A stretch of 64,000 bases of DNA from the human T2T-CHM13v2.0 reference genome, Homo sapiens. Shown one piece after another: positions 61,561 through 64,000 of this stretch (the first letter of the stretch is position 1; each line of letters opens with the position of its first letter). The notes beneath the pieces were generated by a model that worked only from the letters and a program-made list of their open reading frames with translations, searched no databases and was not told where the DNA came from. The stretch lies in the NCBI RefSeq assembly GCF_009914755.1, contig NC_060935.1. One strand, 5' to 3'. The position numbers and the translations under genes are program-made.

Positions 61561-63131
61561 TCAAATGGCCCAGGAGCAGTCCTGTCCCCAGCCCCCACCT
61601 ATCCTCCTAGACCCCTGATGACACTCATTGCTGTTCTGGGGCTGGTAGATGCATGGATATAATCTTGCCTCCAAACCTTACTGAAAAATACCTTTCTGTT
61701 TCCCAAGCCACCCCTATCCCCCTGCAGCCAAAGGGAGAGCAAAACTGCCTTATCCGGAGAAGCCCCGGAGCCGAAACAGAGGAGCATTTCTCGCCTCTCA
61801 CGTCTCCTCGTCCGTTTCGGGGTCGCGCTAGGGACCCAGCTACCTAATATAGTCCTCATTCTTTTTCTCATTCTTTCCCTCTCACTCCAAGCCCAGCGAA
61901 GCAGAAGGGTTTGAGGGGTTTTTCCATGGCCGGGTCCGGGGAGACTTGTCTTTCCTGACCCTCGCAGGCTTGACTCTGTCTGAGACGCACCAAGCAGAGA
62001 GAAGCTGCCACAAGCAACATCGGCCAATCCCAGAGAAAATAAACAAACATAACAACAACCAGTGCGGGTACTTAGGGCTTTGGCCACTGCTGTATGGGAG
62101 GACCACCGGAGCAGCTGAGAATAGATTGTCACCGGCGGGTGGTGAAGCCAGTGCAGAGATGCGGACCTAGATTTACAAACACTTTTAGCTTTGTTCTGGA
62201 TTCCAGCGCGCACAAACTGCCTCCTGTCTTGCCCCCAGCCCCTCCACCGACCATGGTTGTTGCCGCCTCTGAGCTATGAGTCTGGACTCAACGAATTATT
62301 CTATTCTGGCTAGATTGAAAACGCCAGAGAAAAAACCATGGATGTGGCCTTTCAGAGGGAGACAGAAAAAAATCGGAGTATTTCCCCACATCCTCCTGTC
62401 CCAAACAGACTTTGCTAGCCCTTGCTTTTTGTCAGACCAGAGAAATCAAAATACTTTAGCACCCGGCTCCAGCAATGCTGGCAGCTGGGGCAGAGGAGGG
62501 TAGCCCAGACTAAGATTGTGAGTTAAATGTTAGATGTTGAGGATGCGGAGGGTTAAAGAGCTGCATCTCCCCCTACACCCCTTTTTTCTCACCCTTTCTG
62601 TCTTATTCAGGCTAGCCCAAACCTTCATTCACTTCTATGCCCCCAGCGGTATCTGCAAATGCTCAGTGCCTGGAAAAAAGAGATCTGGCCTGGACAGAGT
62701 GTTTTGAGTTTCTGTGCAGAAAAAGTTGTGTCCATGGGGTGGGATGGTCAAGGGTCTCCCTCTGAGTGGGCAGAGGCGGAGAATCAGGATTGAGAGATGG
62801 ACCAAAGTGGCCAGGAAGATCACGAGCAGGGACACTGAGCACTGCCTACCAAGAGTATCGTCAAACCCTATACGCTGCCTCTTGACCAGGCACCTATCCT
62901 CCGCTATGAAGAGTGCGGAGGAATCACGAATTATCCCCGTGGGTTGGCATGCCTCTAGGGAGCTCTGCATGGCCTCAGCAATATCCTCAGCCTTCCACTG
63001 TCACTTAGGGAAAGAGGCCACCAAGCCAGGCCGAGCCAGTCTGGCCTTTCCTTGACTCCATCACAGGCTTAGGGTCTGTGCTAGAAGCCCTGCTCTCTCA
63101 CTGCCCATACCTTGAGGTTCCTGTTACTTAC

Positions 63132-63393
63132 CCGAGGTGGTGAGGAAATAAGGATGATGGTGGTCTCCCTTATGCAGAGGGTGATGGGCGTGAGGAGCCA
63201 AGAGGGTGGGTGTGGGCATGAGGGGGTAGCCATAGTCTAGCAGAGGCACCCGAGAGGCCAGAGAGCTGGCGAAATGGTCTGGGGCCACCTCTCTCAGCGG
63301 CTTGGGCTTGTGCAGCAGGATGTCCTCGATGAAGAAGGATGTGGGCCTCTGAGAAGACGCCGGGTGTAGAGGAGAGGTGAAGTTGAGATTCAT
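63132..63393 (-). CDS. BSX: BSX coding exon 1 (MNLNFTS...PYFLTTS-G), includes eh1 motif TSFFIEDILL and a His-rich patch
   Basis: ATG at 63393 with A at -3; donor G|gtaagt; 262 nt (87 codons + 1). Confidence 0.97.
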
Positions 63394-63599
63394 CTTGAGC
63401 GGAGCACCTGCCACAGGACAAGGGCCGGGACGAAGTGGAGGACGCAGGCAGAGTCTCCAAGCCTGCTCGAAAGCCGGCAACCACCCTCCGAGGCTCGAAT
63501 CTCCGCTGCTCTCTCCCGGGCCTGGGCTACCCCGGGCGCTGGAGAGGCAAGAAGACAAGCTCCTGGGTAGGTTGGGTCTCTGTGTTGGAGAATTGGCAG

Positions 63600-63682
63600 C
63601 TTGGAGAGGGGGGCCGGGAGAGCCAATGACGAGGCTGCCAGAGGCAGAGGGGAGGGTGCGGGAGGCTCGGGGCGGGGCGGGG
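63600..63682. promoter_or_regulatory. BSX proximal promoter motifs: CCAAT box, TGACG half-CRE, tandem GC boxes
   Basis: CCAAT 63623-63627; TGACG 63627-63631; GGGGCGGGGCGGGG 63669-63682 abutting the RE1. Confidence 0.6.
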
Positions 63683-63701
63683 AGCTGTCCGCGGTGCTGA
63701 A
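63681..63701 (-). promoter_or_regulatory. RE1/NRSE REST-binding element upstream of BSX
   Basis: Minus strand reads TTCAGCACCGCGGACAGCTCC versus the consensus TTCAGCACCACGGACAGCGCC (19/21, canonical spacing). Confidence 0.92.
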
Positions 63702-64000
63702 CACCACCGGCCGAGCCTGGGAACAACAGAGCCCGCAGGGTTCTTGTTCCTACCAGGTTTCTCGACCTCAATTTCTGCCCCGTCACTGCAGGGGCTGCTT
63801 TGTTCCCAGTCGTTTTTAAAAGAAAGCCAAAAGGAAAAAGTCTCTGTTGTCCGGCAAACTCCTCTTTACAGAGGAGAAGGCACTAAAAGGGCCCCAAAGC
63901 AATAATGGATAAAGCACTTATTCAGGCATTTAGGCCTGGGTTTTAAGAGTTTCCATAATTTTGGTGGCAAAAAAAGAAGGGAGGAAGTGAGGAGAAAGGG

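Larger units (their letters stand above)
63100..63860. promoter_or_regulatory. CpG island over the BSX promoter and exon 1
   Basis: GC-rich with frequent CpG relative to the flanks. Confidence 0.7.

Noticed and set aside
61599-62213. 204-aa minus-strand ORF in BSX intron 1
   Set aside because: No recognisable domain, non-ATG start, not needed for the 233-aa BSX splice.

Overview
Primate genomic DNA, almost certainly human (it matches the JHY/BSX locus, which I recall as 11q24.1), dense in Alu, L1, L2 and MIR repeats. The + strand carries the last six coding exons of JHY (C11orf63, ciliogenesis/hydrocephalus gene): 6657-6770, 16161-16816, 28236-28530, 38234-38314, 39101-39229 and 40994-41191. 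They splice in frame through GT-AG junctions into 490 C-terminal residues. The - strand carries the complete 3-exon coding sequence of the homeobox gene BSX (233 aa; 63393-63132, 61179-60983, 59611-59369) in CpG islands, with a near-perfect REST/RE1 site upstream. Also present are a full-length U4 snRNA retropseudogene of RNU4-2 type (8773-8915), a processed ATP5PB pseudogene just 3' of the JHY stop, about 35 Alus, MLT1A and LTR16-like LTRs, MER5A, and old L1/HAL1 remnants. I find no evidence of a new protein-coding system. The best leads are RNA-level and genome-evolution features: an inverted Alu pair enclosing the ATP5PB pseudogene in a likely long JHY 3'UTR, inverted Alus hugging the 656-nt JHY exon (circRNA candidate), a possible Alu-mRNA chimeric retroposition, a CpG-preserved old Alu in BSX intron 2, a chimeric AluS/AluY, and repeat-poor candidate BSX enhancer blocks. 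Repeat boundaries and subfamily calls were made by eye and are approximate.
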